Assembly: GCA_024137785.1 (NCBI GenBank)
Contig: JAHRHZ010000018.1
Span: 13,117,679-13,181,678, forward strand
Direction: 5' to 3'
Source of the DNA: Ginglymostoma cirratum
Lineage: Eukaryota
DNA: 64,000 nt
Positions within the stretch are counted from its first letter, which is position 1; each line of letters starts with the position of its first letter. Below the pieces are notes generated by a model. The model was given only the letters and a program-made list of their open reading frames with translations, was not told the DNA's origin and did no database searches. Positions 49,727-60,879 of this stretch are shown here, piece after piece. Both the position numbers and the translations under genes were made by a program.

Positions 49727-50091
49727 AGATGGGTTGCACAGTCTACACTTGTTTTAGTTCAAGTATGAAATATTAAAGGGTTAAATATTGAGACACTTAA
49801 GGTGGTTTAAGTTTGCAATAAGATAGATGGAAAAGAATTATTTCCTCTAGAAAAGGAGGTTCTTAAATCTGAAGCTAGGTCATTCAAGGGAAGTGCCTAG
49901 AATACTTTTAATCACCTTTATTCAGTCATGGAATGTAGGTGTTGCTGGCAAGACTGGGATTTGTTGTCCATCCCTAATTGCCCTTGAACTGATAGATTTT
50001 CTCATTAATTTCAGAGGACATTGAAGAGCCACCCACATTACTGTGGGTTCGAATCACATGCAGGCGGCACTGAGTATGATGGCAGATTTCC
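49727..50091 (+). repeat. Local direct duplication, copy 1 (old CR1 fragment joined to a minus-strand SINE)
   Basis: Colinear with 51322-51691 across the same CR1/SINE junction. Confidence 0.9.
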
Positions 50092-51321
50092 TGCCCACAA
50101 CAGCATCGGTGAACCAGATGGATTTTTACATCAATCTCGGATTTTTATCCTGGTTGTTATTACTGAGATGAGCTTTCACATTCAAAATTTATTAATCTAA
50201 TGTAAATTCAACCTGCTGCTGTGATGGGATTTGAGCTTGTGTAACCAGTGCATTAACCTAGATCTCAGGGGTATCCTATGATAACGCCTCTCTGCCACCA
50301 TTTCCCCTATCCCCTCTAGAAACTGGGGGGGGGTGGCCTAGTGGAAATCTCGACTGTGAGCCCCCAACAAGGTGAGGAGGCTAAATAAATTGAAAATGAC
50401 AAGTCTGGGATTAGCGGTTTTTGTTAGGTAAGAAAATTAGGGGATTTCAAAGCAAAGCAGGTAAAATGAAGCTAAGTTACAGATTTGCCACACTCCAATG
50501 TGATAGCAGAGCAGACTTGAGTAGTTCAATGTTCTACTTCCATTCGTATGTTGCGGATACGAATCATCAATGATGTGACACCATATTAGCATTATTGTTA
50601 AGGGGACGAAAACATTTGGTGTTAGGAGGAATGCTAATATTTGCACTATGCCGTTGAAGAGGCTTTTTTTAAATTCCAAAGTACATCTAGTGGTTACAGT
50701 TGATATTGTAAATGATTTAACATGATATTGACATTTCAACTGCATTCTCTGGTCAGTGTGATTCCGTGACAGCGCTCGTGACTCCATGTCACAAAATACC
50801 ACACTTGTTTTCCTTTCCAAGTGTCTGATGGTATAAGCCAGAGGAACATCCCAGGCGAAGGGATGCTGATCCATTGGGGTCACCCTTAAAGTGAGGCATG
50901 AAACAGTCCTGCTATTTATTTGATCCGTTGCAAATTGACAATTCCACAGCAGCCTTCAAAGAAGAAAAGAATCTTATTTTCCATTCTCCTGGCCAACTTT
51001 CCATGAAGCCACCCCAAAACACATGAGCTGACTATTTGCCAAATTTCTATCTGTATTTTTATCAGGTGTTGAACATCAACAATAGTAGCCTACATTATAA
51101 TAGCCTAAAAGCAATTGATTGTTGGTGTTGGATTATGTAATATTAATGGAATTTGGTAACAAAAATAACTGGTGGAGAAATAGAGTCATCTCCCAATATT
51201 ATGCCACTAAACTACAGCAGTTTAGTCTAGATCTTAATCTGGCTCTGGAGGTACCGGCAGCTCAATAAGGACCTGTCAAACTTTTACTCAAACTTTTATT
51301 CACATGGCACTTGTGAAAAGT

Positions 51322-51691
51322 AGACGGGGTGCACAGTCTACACTTGTTTTTCTTCAAGTATGAAATACTAAAGGGTTAAGTATTGAGGCACTTAAGGTGG
51401 TTTACGTTTGCAAGAGGATAGATGGAAAAGAACTATTTCCTCCAGAAGAGGAGGATATAATCTCAAATCTGAAACTAGGTCATTCAAGGGAGATGCCTGA
51501 AAGTACTTTTCTTCCCTTTATTCAGTCATGGAATGTAGGTGTTGCCGGCAAGACTGGGATTTATTGTCCATCCCTAATTGCCCTTGAACTGATAGTTTTT
51601 CTCGTTAATTTCAGAGGACATTGAAGAGCCACCCACATTACTGTGGGTTCAAATCACCTGCAGGCCACACTGGGTATGATGGTAGATTTCC
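51322..51691 (+). repeat. Local direct duplication, copy 2
   Basis: Shares long exact stretches with copy 1, e.g. ttaatttcagaggacattgaagagccacccacattactgtgggttc. Confidence 0.9.
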
Positions 51692-51752
51692 ATCTTCCTG
51701 CTCCTCTGATGCTGCTTGGCCTGCTGTGCTCCTCCAGCTCCACATTGTGTCA
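51692..51752 (+). mobile_element. Penelope-like family A short fragment
   Basis: ttcctgctcctctgatgctgcttggcctgctgtgctcctccagctccaca. Confidence 0.8.
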
Positions 51753-52956
51753 ACACTTGTGAAAAGGTTTCATTCAATTCACACCTTTTTGGGAAGACCT
51801 TTAAAATGTTGTTGAAATGTGTTTCTGTCTTTTTTTTCATTATGATTGGCATTTGAAATGGTATAATTGTGGGACTTAACCTGCTGTATTTTCAAAGTGA
51901 TTCTTTTTAATTGTTATCAAAGCTGTTGACTCGTCAGTGTGGATTTAACAAAAGAGGTTGATAAAACAAAGCCTGCAGATGCAGCTCTTCCATCTGCATG
52001 GATGAGTTAAGGAATACACAAGTTGCTGGGGTAACATGTTACTCATACATTACAGCACCAAACCATGCAGATGGTCTGCCAGTTCATCACACTATTCGAA
52101 TATAAGGCATGAACCTCAGCACATTATTCTCACCCACTGCAAATTATAGTTTCTATTTCCAAAATACTGATAGCTTTTATTGAACAATCTTGCAAATGTA
52201 CTCAGTTGGCTAAAATGTGATGCAGAATAATACCAACACTGCGACTAGCTGTGGTAGTTCTTGGAAGCCTGACTCCCTACCCAGACTTGCACTTAATATG
52301 GTCTGTTGCCCCTCAACCTATATATAAGGAATTGCCTCTCTAATGGAGAGAGGTGGCTATGGTCTTTTGTAGTCAATGGATAACAAACAGACTAAAATAA
52401 CAGTTAGGTAAGTTTTCTCCTGATTTGAGAGTGTGTTAGTGATATTGTGATGGCAATGAGGGTTGCTGAGGATAGTGGATGGTGTCACTCTCCACAGCTG
52501 TTCTTAATGTTGACTTAGCTTTGTATATTTGCATAAGTCCTTGAAACTTTCCTTGATCTCACTTACAGCCCAGGGAATCAGGGGCTCAACACTGACCTTG
52601 TCAACTGTTGATGCCAGACGTGCTGGCATCTGGAACTGGTAAATGGTGTTGACTCTTACTGACCTGAAATGAGCTTTTCTTTTCTCCTGGGGCCAATAGA
52701 GTGAGACCTGGCTATCAGATGATATTTCTGCGTTCATGGATGGCATGCTGTAGATCCAGAATTATACACAAGTTAATGCCATTGGATTATGTGCAAAGAA
52801 AGGAAAGATGTTTTGCTTTTATGTGACTGTTTTCATCACCTCAGGATGTCCCAGTGTGATTTACAGTCAATGAAATATGTTTTGAAATGCAGCCATCATT
52901 GTATTGTAAGAAAGGCAGTGCACAAGTCCTGCCCGCAAGTTTCTGTTCAACACAAG

Positions 52957-53285
52957 TGGCACGGTGGCTCAGTCGTTAGGGACCTGGGTTCGATTCCAGC
53001 TTCGGGCGCCTGTCTATGTGGAGTTTGCACATTCTCCCTGTGTCTGTGTGGGTATCCCCCCGGATGTTCCAGTTTCCTCCCACAGTCCAAAGATGTGCAG
53101 GTTAGGTGGATTGGCCGTGCTAAATTGCCCATAGTGCCCAGGGATGTTTAGGTTGGTGGGTTAGACATGGGGAAATCAGACGTAGGGGAATGAGTCTGGT
53201 TGGGATGCTCTTCAGAGGGGCTGTGTGGACTTGTTGGGCTGAATGGCCTGTTTCCACACTGGAGGGATTTTATGATTTCTATGAT
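52957..53285 (+). mobile_element. HE1 SINE (head deletion)
   Basis: HE1 core and tail. Confidence 0.88.
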
Positions 53286-54345
53286 ATGACGAGCACACCC
53301 ACCACACAAAGGGAATAAGTAACTTGATGACGTGGAAGTGATGAAACTCTACATAACAAATATCTGAAAGTCTAGCTAATACACCAGGCTGGATAACTCC
53401 AATGGCCTGCCCAATATCTCCATGTGCTAATACATCACATCCTGCACAGCAATTTTAGATACACCCCTTAAAAGGTATAACACAGTTAACCTTCTTTACA
53501 TGACGTTAGCAGATGGAAAAAAAACAATAGTCAAAACCTCTTGGTGAGCCCTGGGTCTTGTAATTGGGGTTATTTGTTTACCTAAAAGGTTGGTGGAGCT
53601 TTGGTGTACAACTCATCCAAGCTTTACACTTTCCCCCAATACTGCACCGAAGCTGCAAGTGTGGATTTTCTGCTTGACTCTGGTTTCAGTCTCATATAAT
53701 TGGTCAGAAAACAAGAGGGATTTAAAAGTAGCAATATTGTTTCTCTCCAAAGGGAAGTGAAAGACTTGGACTGCAGAGGGATATTCTGGAATCTTCTTTA
53801 GAGAAAACGCAGGACACTTAGAACCACTCAGTCACAATTACCCATAGACTGTACATTCAAAGTCATTAAGACGTCTGAAGCTTGACACCTGAGGTTTGGA
53901 GAAGGCAAATTCTTCTTGGCAAAACCAGCTGCTCCATCACATAGAGATAGTAGGAACTGCCGATGCTGGAGAATCTGAGACAACAAGGTATAGAGCTGAA
54001 TGAACACAGCAGGCCAAGCAGCATCAGAGGAGCAAGAAAGCTAATGTTTCGGGTCTAGACCCTTCTTTAGAAATGGGGGAGGGGAAGGGGATTCTGAAAT
54101 AAATAGGGAGAGGAGGGAGGTGGATAGAAGATAGATAAAGGAGAAGATAGGTGGAGAGGAGACAGACAGGTCAAAGAGGCAGGGATGGAGCCAGTAGAGG
54201 TGAGTGTACGTGGGGAGTTAGGGAGGGGATAGATCAGTCCAGGGAGGATGGACAGGTCAAGGAGGCAGGATGAGGCTAGTTGGTAGGTGATGGGGGTGGG
54301 GCTTGAGGTGGGAGGAGTGGATAGGTGGGAGGAAGGACGGACAGG

Positions 54346-54714
54346 TTAAGGAGGCGGGGATGAGCTGGCCTGGTTTTGGGATGCGATAGGGGGAGGGAAG
54401 ATTTTGAAGCTTGTGAAGTCCACATTGATACCATCGGGCTGCAGGGTTCCCAAGCTAAATATGAGATGCTGTTCCTGCAACCTTCGGGTGGTATCGTGGC
54501 ACTGCAGGAGGCCCAGAATGGACATGTCATCCAAGGAGTGGGAGGGCGAGTTGAAATGGTTCGCGACTGGGAGGTGCAGTTGTTTGTCGCGAACCGAGCG
54601 TAGGTGTTCCGCGAAGCAGTCCCCAAGCCTCCGCTTGGTTTCCCCGATGTAGAACAGGCCACAATGGGTACAGCGGATGCAGTATACCACATTAGCAGAT
54701 CTGCAGGTGAACAT
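54346..54714 (-). pseudogene. GIY-YIG endonuclease domain of the Penelope-like element
   Basis: FTCRSANVVYCIRCTHCGLFYIGETKRRLGDCFAEHLRSV...VANHFN...EQHLIFSLGTLQPDGIN. Confidence 0.92.
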
Positions 54715-54966
54715 CTGTTTGATGTGGAAGGTCTTCTTGGGGCCTGGGATAGGGGTGAGAGGGGAGGTATGCGGGCAGGTGTAGCACTTCCTGCGGTTGC
54801 AGGGAAAAGTGCCGGGTGTGGTGGGGCTGGAGGGGTGTGTGGAGCGGATAAGGGAGTCACGGAAAGAGTGGTCCCTCCGGAAGGCAGATAAGGGTGGGGA
54901 GAGAAAAATGTCTTTGGTGGTGGGGTCAGATTGCAGATGGCGGAAGTGTCGGAGGATGATGCAGAG

Positions 54967-55276
54967 GGCAGCACGGTGGCTCAGTGGTTAGCACTGCAGC
55001 CTCACAGCGCCAGGGTCCTATGTTCGATTCCAGCCCCAGGTGACTGTCTGTGCGGAGTTTGCACATTCTCCCCGTGTCTGTGTGGGTTTACTCCAGGTGC
55101 TCTGGTTTCCTCCCACAGTCCAAAGATGTGCAGGCTTGGTGGATTGGCCATGCTTAATTGCCCATAGTGTTCAGGCGTGTGTGGGTTATAGGGGGATGGG
55201 TCTGGGTGGGATGCTCCAAGGGTCGGTGTGGACTTGTTGGGCCAAAGGGCCTGTTTCCACACTGTAGGGATTCTAA
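54967..55276 (+). mobile_element. HE1 SINE nested in the PLE
   Basis: Well-preserved HE1 (gggcagcacggtggctcagtggttagcactgc ... ccacactgtagggattcta). Confidence 0.93.
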
Positions 55277-56786
55277 TAATATCTGGAGGTGGTGGGATGG
55301 TACGTGAGGACGAGGGGGATTCTGTTTTGGTTGTTATTGTGGGGAGGGGGTGTGAGGGATGAGTTGCGGGAAATGCGGGCGACACAATCGAGGGCGTTTT
55401 CGACCAATGTGGAGGGGAGGTTGCGGTCCTTGAAAAACGAGGACATCTGGGATGTCCAGGAGTGGAATGCCTCACCTCGGGAGCAGATGTAGCGGAGGTG
55501 AAGGAATTGGGAATAGGGAGTGGCATTTTTGCAGTAAGGTGGGTGGGAGAGCACATGTCCACAGTTGGTTTTGATTTGGTTCATTGTAATGGTCAGTGAG
55601 TGGAGAACAGCATTCATCTCAGCTCAGCTTCACTTCAAACCCATTTCATCGTGAACCTGTTGTCCTTGCAGCATCAGGGTCATCATTCAATGAAAGATAT
55701 TCTTTATGACCCTCAAGAAACTTGCTCCTGAGTCCAACATGGGCCAAAGCTGGTGTGCAGTGCATGGTACGTTGCAACATCCATTCAAGCACTGAGTGGA
55801 AAGTTGCCAAACCTAAGAAGATGGTATTAACATGACATATTGATGAGAGGCTCATCTGTATATTACTCATAATTGGCTGAAGTTACCCATAGCTGTTTTT
55901 TAGAAAGAAACTGCATTACATTGCACTCTAGTGACTTGGAGCTGGTACTTGAATTAAATCAAATCAAATCCATCTGTTGAGAATGTTGTTGGGCATTCCA
56001 TCTGCATCAGTCAGGAACACTGACATTAAAGTAATTGAAACAATGATGCCAACAGGAAAACAATAAGATCAGGCTCTCTGGATTTCCTTTTACATTTAAC
56101 ACAGACAGATGGAATAAAGTCTCTTCTCACTGAAGCTGTGAAATGTTAATGGGCTGGACTGGTGCCACTTCACAGTAAAACCTGTTTCTGCAGGCCTGCT
56201 GTTTTCTTCTTTTGGAATGATTTTATCACTATCTCCTTTCCAGTGCCTTTTCTTTAATGTGCGTTTTTCATCTGCTTTTACCCATGATGTATCCACTCTA
56301 GTTCTGATCTTACTGTTCCCAGCACTGCCCTAATAGCTGTTGTAAGTTCAGCATCAAATCAATGTGTTTAGCATTTGTGAAAGTGAGCTTCACAATGGTA
56401 AAACCATGGGTTAATATTTTGACAATGGATGAATACATCATTACTCAACTTCACCCAACTCAAGGGGAATGAATGAAGCTGAGGCACAGATTAGCCATGA
56501 CCTAGTGAAGGGGCAGACTGGCTCACTCTCCTGTGGAAGCATTTGTCCTTAATTTTCAATTCATCAGGTTAGACTTGAGAGATGCTTAATCATTTAATGG
56601 AGAAGGGTAGTCTGCATCTACATGCTATAAACTGTTACAAATATTTATGCATCTCAATGTTAAAAATCAACTCACCATTTTCAAAGTCTGTTATTCCTTC
56701 CAGCCCCATAACACTCAGAGATATCTGTATACCTCTAATTCTGGCCTCTTGAAAGTCCCCAATTTTAATCAATCTACCATTGGAGG

Positions 56787-57004
56787 CAATAATAACTGCC
56801 GATGCTGCAGTCTGAGATAACACAGTGTGGAGCTGGAGGAACACAGCAGGCCAGGCAGCATCAGAGGAACAGGAAAGCTGATGGTTGGTGTCAGGACCCA
56901 TCCTCAGGACTCTTTCTGAGGAAAGGTCCCAACCCAAAGCATCAGCTTTCCTGCTCCTCAGTTGCTGCCTAACCTGCTGTGTTCCTCCAGCTTCACACTG
57001 TGTA
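56787..57004. mobile_element. Fold-back Penelope-like mini-element (family A-related, older) inserted in an L2 tail
   Basis: Inverted arms meet at cctcag-gactcttt-ctgagg. 11-bp TSD accattggagg (56776-56786, 57005-57015). Confidence 0.88.
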
Positions 57005-57179
57005 ACCATTGGAGGACATACTTTCAGATGGTTGGCACCAAACCCATGAATTTTCACCCTACATTCTTTTCCTCTCACTGCTCCTTGAAGGCAGTCTTAA
57101 AAAAACCTATCTCATTGACTCCATCATTTAGCCTGGTATCACCTTTGTGGTTCGTTGAAATAATCTGTTTTGTAATGTG

Positions 57180-57360
57180 CAGTCCAAAGATGTGCAGGCT
57201 AGGTGGGTTGGTCATGCTAAATTGCCTGTAGTGTTCAGGGATGTGTAGATTAGGTGGGTTATAGGGGGATGGGTCTGGGTGGGATTCTCTGAGGGTCGGT
57301 GTGGGTTTGTTGGGCCAAAGGGCCTGTTTCCACACTGTAGGGATTCTAGGATTCTATGAT
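57180..57360 (+). mobile_element. 5'-truncated HE1 SINE
   Basis: cagtccaaagatgtgcaggctaggtgg ... ccacactgtagggattcta. Confidence 0.88.
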
Positions 57361-57596
57361 ATTTCCATGAACTGGCTTCAAATGTTTCGTTCTACTGGAA
57401 GTGCTATATATAAGTGCTGTACAATTCATAAACGCTGCAAAGCAGCAATAGTGGTGTAGTGGTAATGTTACTGGACTAGTAATCCAGGCTAATGCTTTTA
57501 AGGTGTGGGCTCACACCCCATCATGGCAGTGTGTGGAATGTAAATATAATTAATAAATCTGCAATAGAACAGGTAGTTTCTGACCTTGAAACTATC

Positions 57597-57718
57597 GTAA
57601 AATTGAAATGAAGATCTGAAGCAAAAACAGAAATCGCTGGAGAAACTCAGCAGGTCTGGCAGCATCTGCGGAAAGAAAGCAGAATTAACGTTTCGGGTCC
57701 AGTGACCCTTCTTCAGAA
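57597..57718 (-). mobile_element. Penelope-like family B end with intact hammerhead core
   Basis: Minus strand reads gtt-CTGAAGA-a-gggtc-actg-gaccc-GAAA-c-GTT-aa. Confidence 0.88.
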
Positions 57719-57746
57719 CTATAGGAGTTGTCAATTATCATAAAAA

Positions 57747-57842
57747 CTGAGGAAGGGTCACCGGACCTGAAACGTTAACTCTGATTTTTTCTTCACAGAT
57801 GCTGGCAGAGCTGATGAGCTTTTCCAGCAACTTCTGTTTTTG
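57747..57842 (+). mobile_element. Penelope-like family B end starting at the hammerhead core
   Basis: CTGAGGA-a-gggtc-accg-gacct-GAAA-c-GTT-aac. Confidence 0.88.
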
Positions 57843-58771
57843 ATCATGAAACCTCATGAGGTTCACTCATACCCCATTGGTTTAGTGATGCATATAGGGA
57901 GGGAAAACTGTTGTTGTTACTTGGCTTGGTCGACAGGTAACTCCAGACCCATGACGATATGGCTGATGCTTGAGTGCATCTGAAATGGCGATAACAAACC
58001 AAAGCCTTTAAGAGCAATTTGGGTTGGACAACAAATGCTAGCCTTGACAATGGCTCATGAAAAGATAAAAAGAAGTTGTTAAATACAATCCTCTCATTCA
58101 GAACCACCCAGACCTACCACTGAATTCAGTCCCCTGACAGCCAAAGTTGGATTGGTTTGTGATGATGATGTGTGCTCATTCTCCTGTAGTAGGGGAGTGG
58201 AAACCTCAACACCTCAGAAATGTCCATTAGTGCAGCTATCCCAGAGGGGAGTGGAACCCATGCCAAGCTGGTTTTTTGGTGTATTTTGGGCAGGGTGCCA
58301 GAGTGTCTGAAGGGCCCTCGAAACTCAAAACAACTATTGTCGAAAAACCTCCAACAGTGTCTGCACAGATGTGTCCATACCATCACCGCTACCTGCTTCT
58401 GTGTTTTTTCTTCCCTGTTAGCAGTATACCCTTCAACATTAACAAGGTAAGTACAGTTAAAGTGTGCAGGCGAACAAATTTCATGGTGTCAGCTCCCCGA
58501 TGGATTAGGGAGGATTCTCTTGTGCGACCTGCCGCAATGATGTTACTAATTATACGAGGGAGATGTTAGCAACGTTCCTCAGGGAATCTCGCAGCAAATG
58601 AGACGTAAATGCTGTGTTCGTCTCCCATTACCACCAGTAGTAACTCATTCTTAATCTGAATATTTGATTAACTTCAGGGAGTCTTACTGCCCTTGAATAT
58701 TTCCGACTGCTGTATTTTACAACCTCCGTTTTGGCCCTATCGAGTCTGACTGTGGCCCAGAATGAGATACT

Positions 58772-59099
58772 CATAGATCATAGAATCCCTACAATGTGGA
58801 AACAGGCCCTTCGGCCCAACAAATCCACACTGACCCTCAGAGCATCCCACCCAGACCCATCCCCCTAAAACCCACCTAATCTACCCATCCCTGAACACTA
58901 CGGGTAATTTAGCATGGCCAATCCACCTAGACTGCACATCTTTGGACTGTGGGAGGAAACCGGAGCACCCGGAGGAAACCCATGCAGACACGGGGAGAAT
59001 GTGCAAACTTCACACAGACAGTCACACGAGGCTGGAGTCAAACCCAGGTCCCTGGTGCTGTGAGGCAGCAGTGCTAACTACTGAGGCACCGTGCTGCCC
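58772..59099 (-). mobile_element. HE1 SINE
   Basis: Full reverse-complement HE1. Confidence 0.93.
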
Positions 59100-60879
59100 A
59101 CTACTGTTGTCCTAGGTTTGATCACCAATTGAAAAATCAGCTCTGTGAAAAGGTATCCTCATTATGAATTGATTGATGTTGCATTATTGGGAGAATTGAA
59201 AGATTTTTTTGAGGGGTGGGGGATTCACCTCAGGAAACCTTTTACACACATGAAAGTGAAAGATGAGAAGACTAATTTTCAAAGGGAAGGCTTTGCACCA
59301 ACAAGTTGTTGGCTGGAAGGTGCCCTACCTATTGCGTGCCTGAGGAATGTGAATTTTTTTGACCCCTTCTGCACTTAAGTCAGATACCACTGAGATAATT
59401 TATTTTTCTCTATGAAGTGAAAATCATTTGATTTCCTTGTATCAATCGATTGTGGAGTCCATCAGCAGTATATAGGCAGTGGAGCTAATGAGATTATTGA
59501 TTGCACTTCAGGACTAAGATGAGGATCATGCATCAATGAAATTGAGAAAATGAAAAGGAAAATGCAAATCAAGGCAGCAAGAAAATGCTAAAGAATCACT
59601 TAATCTTTGATCACAAAATAGGAATGCTTTGTATTTTTGAGGAAGGACTTAACCTTCCAATTTTCTCTTAATTCTCGACCATCTCATCTCAGACTAGAGA
59701 CATAACTTCAGTCCCTCCACTTCCATTTTGTACAACTTTCAAAGTAGAAACTGCATTGATATGTAAATTGATTGATTGATTCACTCCATATTAGTCCTGT
59801 GGACTTATAGGTTTTGCAACATATCAGAAGCCACTGACAAATCTGTTATCTCCACTGCTAATTCAGATTCAAAGCACAGTATTTATTGCATCTGCACTGA
59901 CCTCCAAACACAGGAATAGAATCCTAGCTCACAGTGGCTCATCAGAATTGCAATAGCTGTGACTTCAAGCTCTGACACTAACATAGCCTTCTACGCTGGC
60001 CTTAGAGCTTGGCCAGACTCAGGTTTACATGATGAGCATTATAATTGGGTTCCTCTTGCCATGTATCATCTGGCACCAAGCCATTAAGACAAGGGGTAGC
60101 CTCAATTTGTGTAGAAAGCATCAAACAGCCTGTGGGTGACTATGAGTCATCATGTTTGAACTTGGTGCTTCTGGTCAGAGGGAGAGAGTAGATAAATCAG
60201 AAATCTTAATTTTACTCTGAATGTACAGTATGGTCATAGAGTAGAGAATGAGTCAGAGTCGTCCTGGGTCATTTCAACCAAGGATAATTGCACACTGACT
60301 TGTTGGAAGAGCAACTTTGCAATGCTGAGGTGCTGTTGTCCAATTTCCATATGTCAAAAATGTCAATTTTTTTTTAAAAAACTGGTTACCTTTGACAATG
60401 ACCAATTGCAAAAGGCACTGTATTAATTCTGGCCACAATATTAACCTGTTTTGCAGTGATACTGCTTTGTCTCCTGAATGTAGAGACTCCTGTTAAGCTA
60501 CAGTTACTCGGATCCAGTACCTTACTGCAAGTGAGAACACTCCCCCGTGCCTTACCCAAGAGACCATTTCTCATGAGTGAATTTAGAGATGGTGTGTCAG
60601 AAGGTTATTTTTTGCCAGGACAGTCTGATCCTCTTTTTGGAAAAAAGCAACAAGAGTAAACGAACTCAAGTCTGTTCCACCACCAAAGCACCATAGCTGA
60701 CCTGACATCAGGTCCTCTTATGTATAATTTTCAGGAATGCAGAATGGTAAGCAGGAAGCCTGGATGAGTTTCTGTAGATCATATTGATTGTGTAAGAAAC
60801 CAAAGCTTGTTACCTCGGTGAGTGTCTGTCCTGTTGAAACTTATTTGTGGTTCATCTTTCACCACTAACTACTAGAAAG

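Larger units (their letters stand above)
53943..55551 (-). mobile_element. 5'-truncated Penelope-like (Neptune-like) retroelement, family A, with an HE1 insertion
   Basis: RT C-terminal/thumb segment (PYSQFLHLRYICS), Cys linker GTFPCNRRKCYTCP, GIY-YIG domain, 3' UTR with hammerhead-like motif at 54040-54073. Possible TSD cacat (53938-53942, 55552-55556). Confidence 0.92.
57445..58070 (+). mobile_element. tRNA-derived SINE (13684 family) carrying two PLE insertions
   Basis: Head gtggtgtagtggtaatgttactggactagtaatccag. Tail gagcaatttgggttggacaacaaatgctagccttg. Confidence 0.7.

Noticed and set aside
50565-50830. C/D-box sno/scaRNA reading (ATGATGT ... CTGA)
   Set aside because: The C box is non-canonical and the terminal-stem spacing does not fit a K-turn. 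Kept only as a generic structured-region finding.
52567-52747. Possible 181-nt minus-strand exon (tacag acceptor, GCT|GTAAGT donor) with an 8-bp hairpin gatgccag/ctggcatc
   Set aside because: The polypyrimidine tract is weak, the peptide is unrecognisable and there are no partner exons.
54276-54974. 232-aa proline-rich minus-strand ORF
   Set aside because: It is an alternative frame over the PLE endonuclease region.
60457-60530. Possible 74-nt plus-strand exon (ttttgcag ... CAA|gtgaga)
   Set aside because: The donor is weak and the peptide is unrecognisable.
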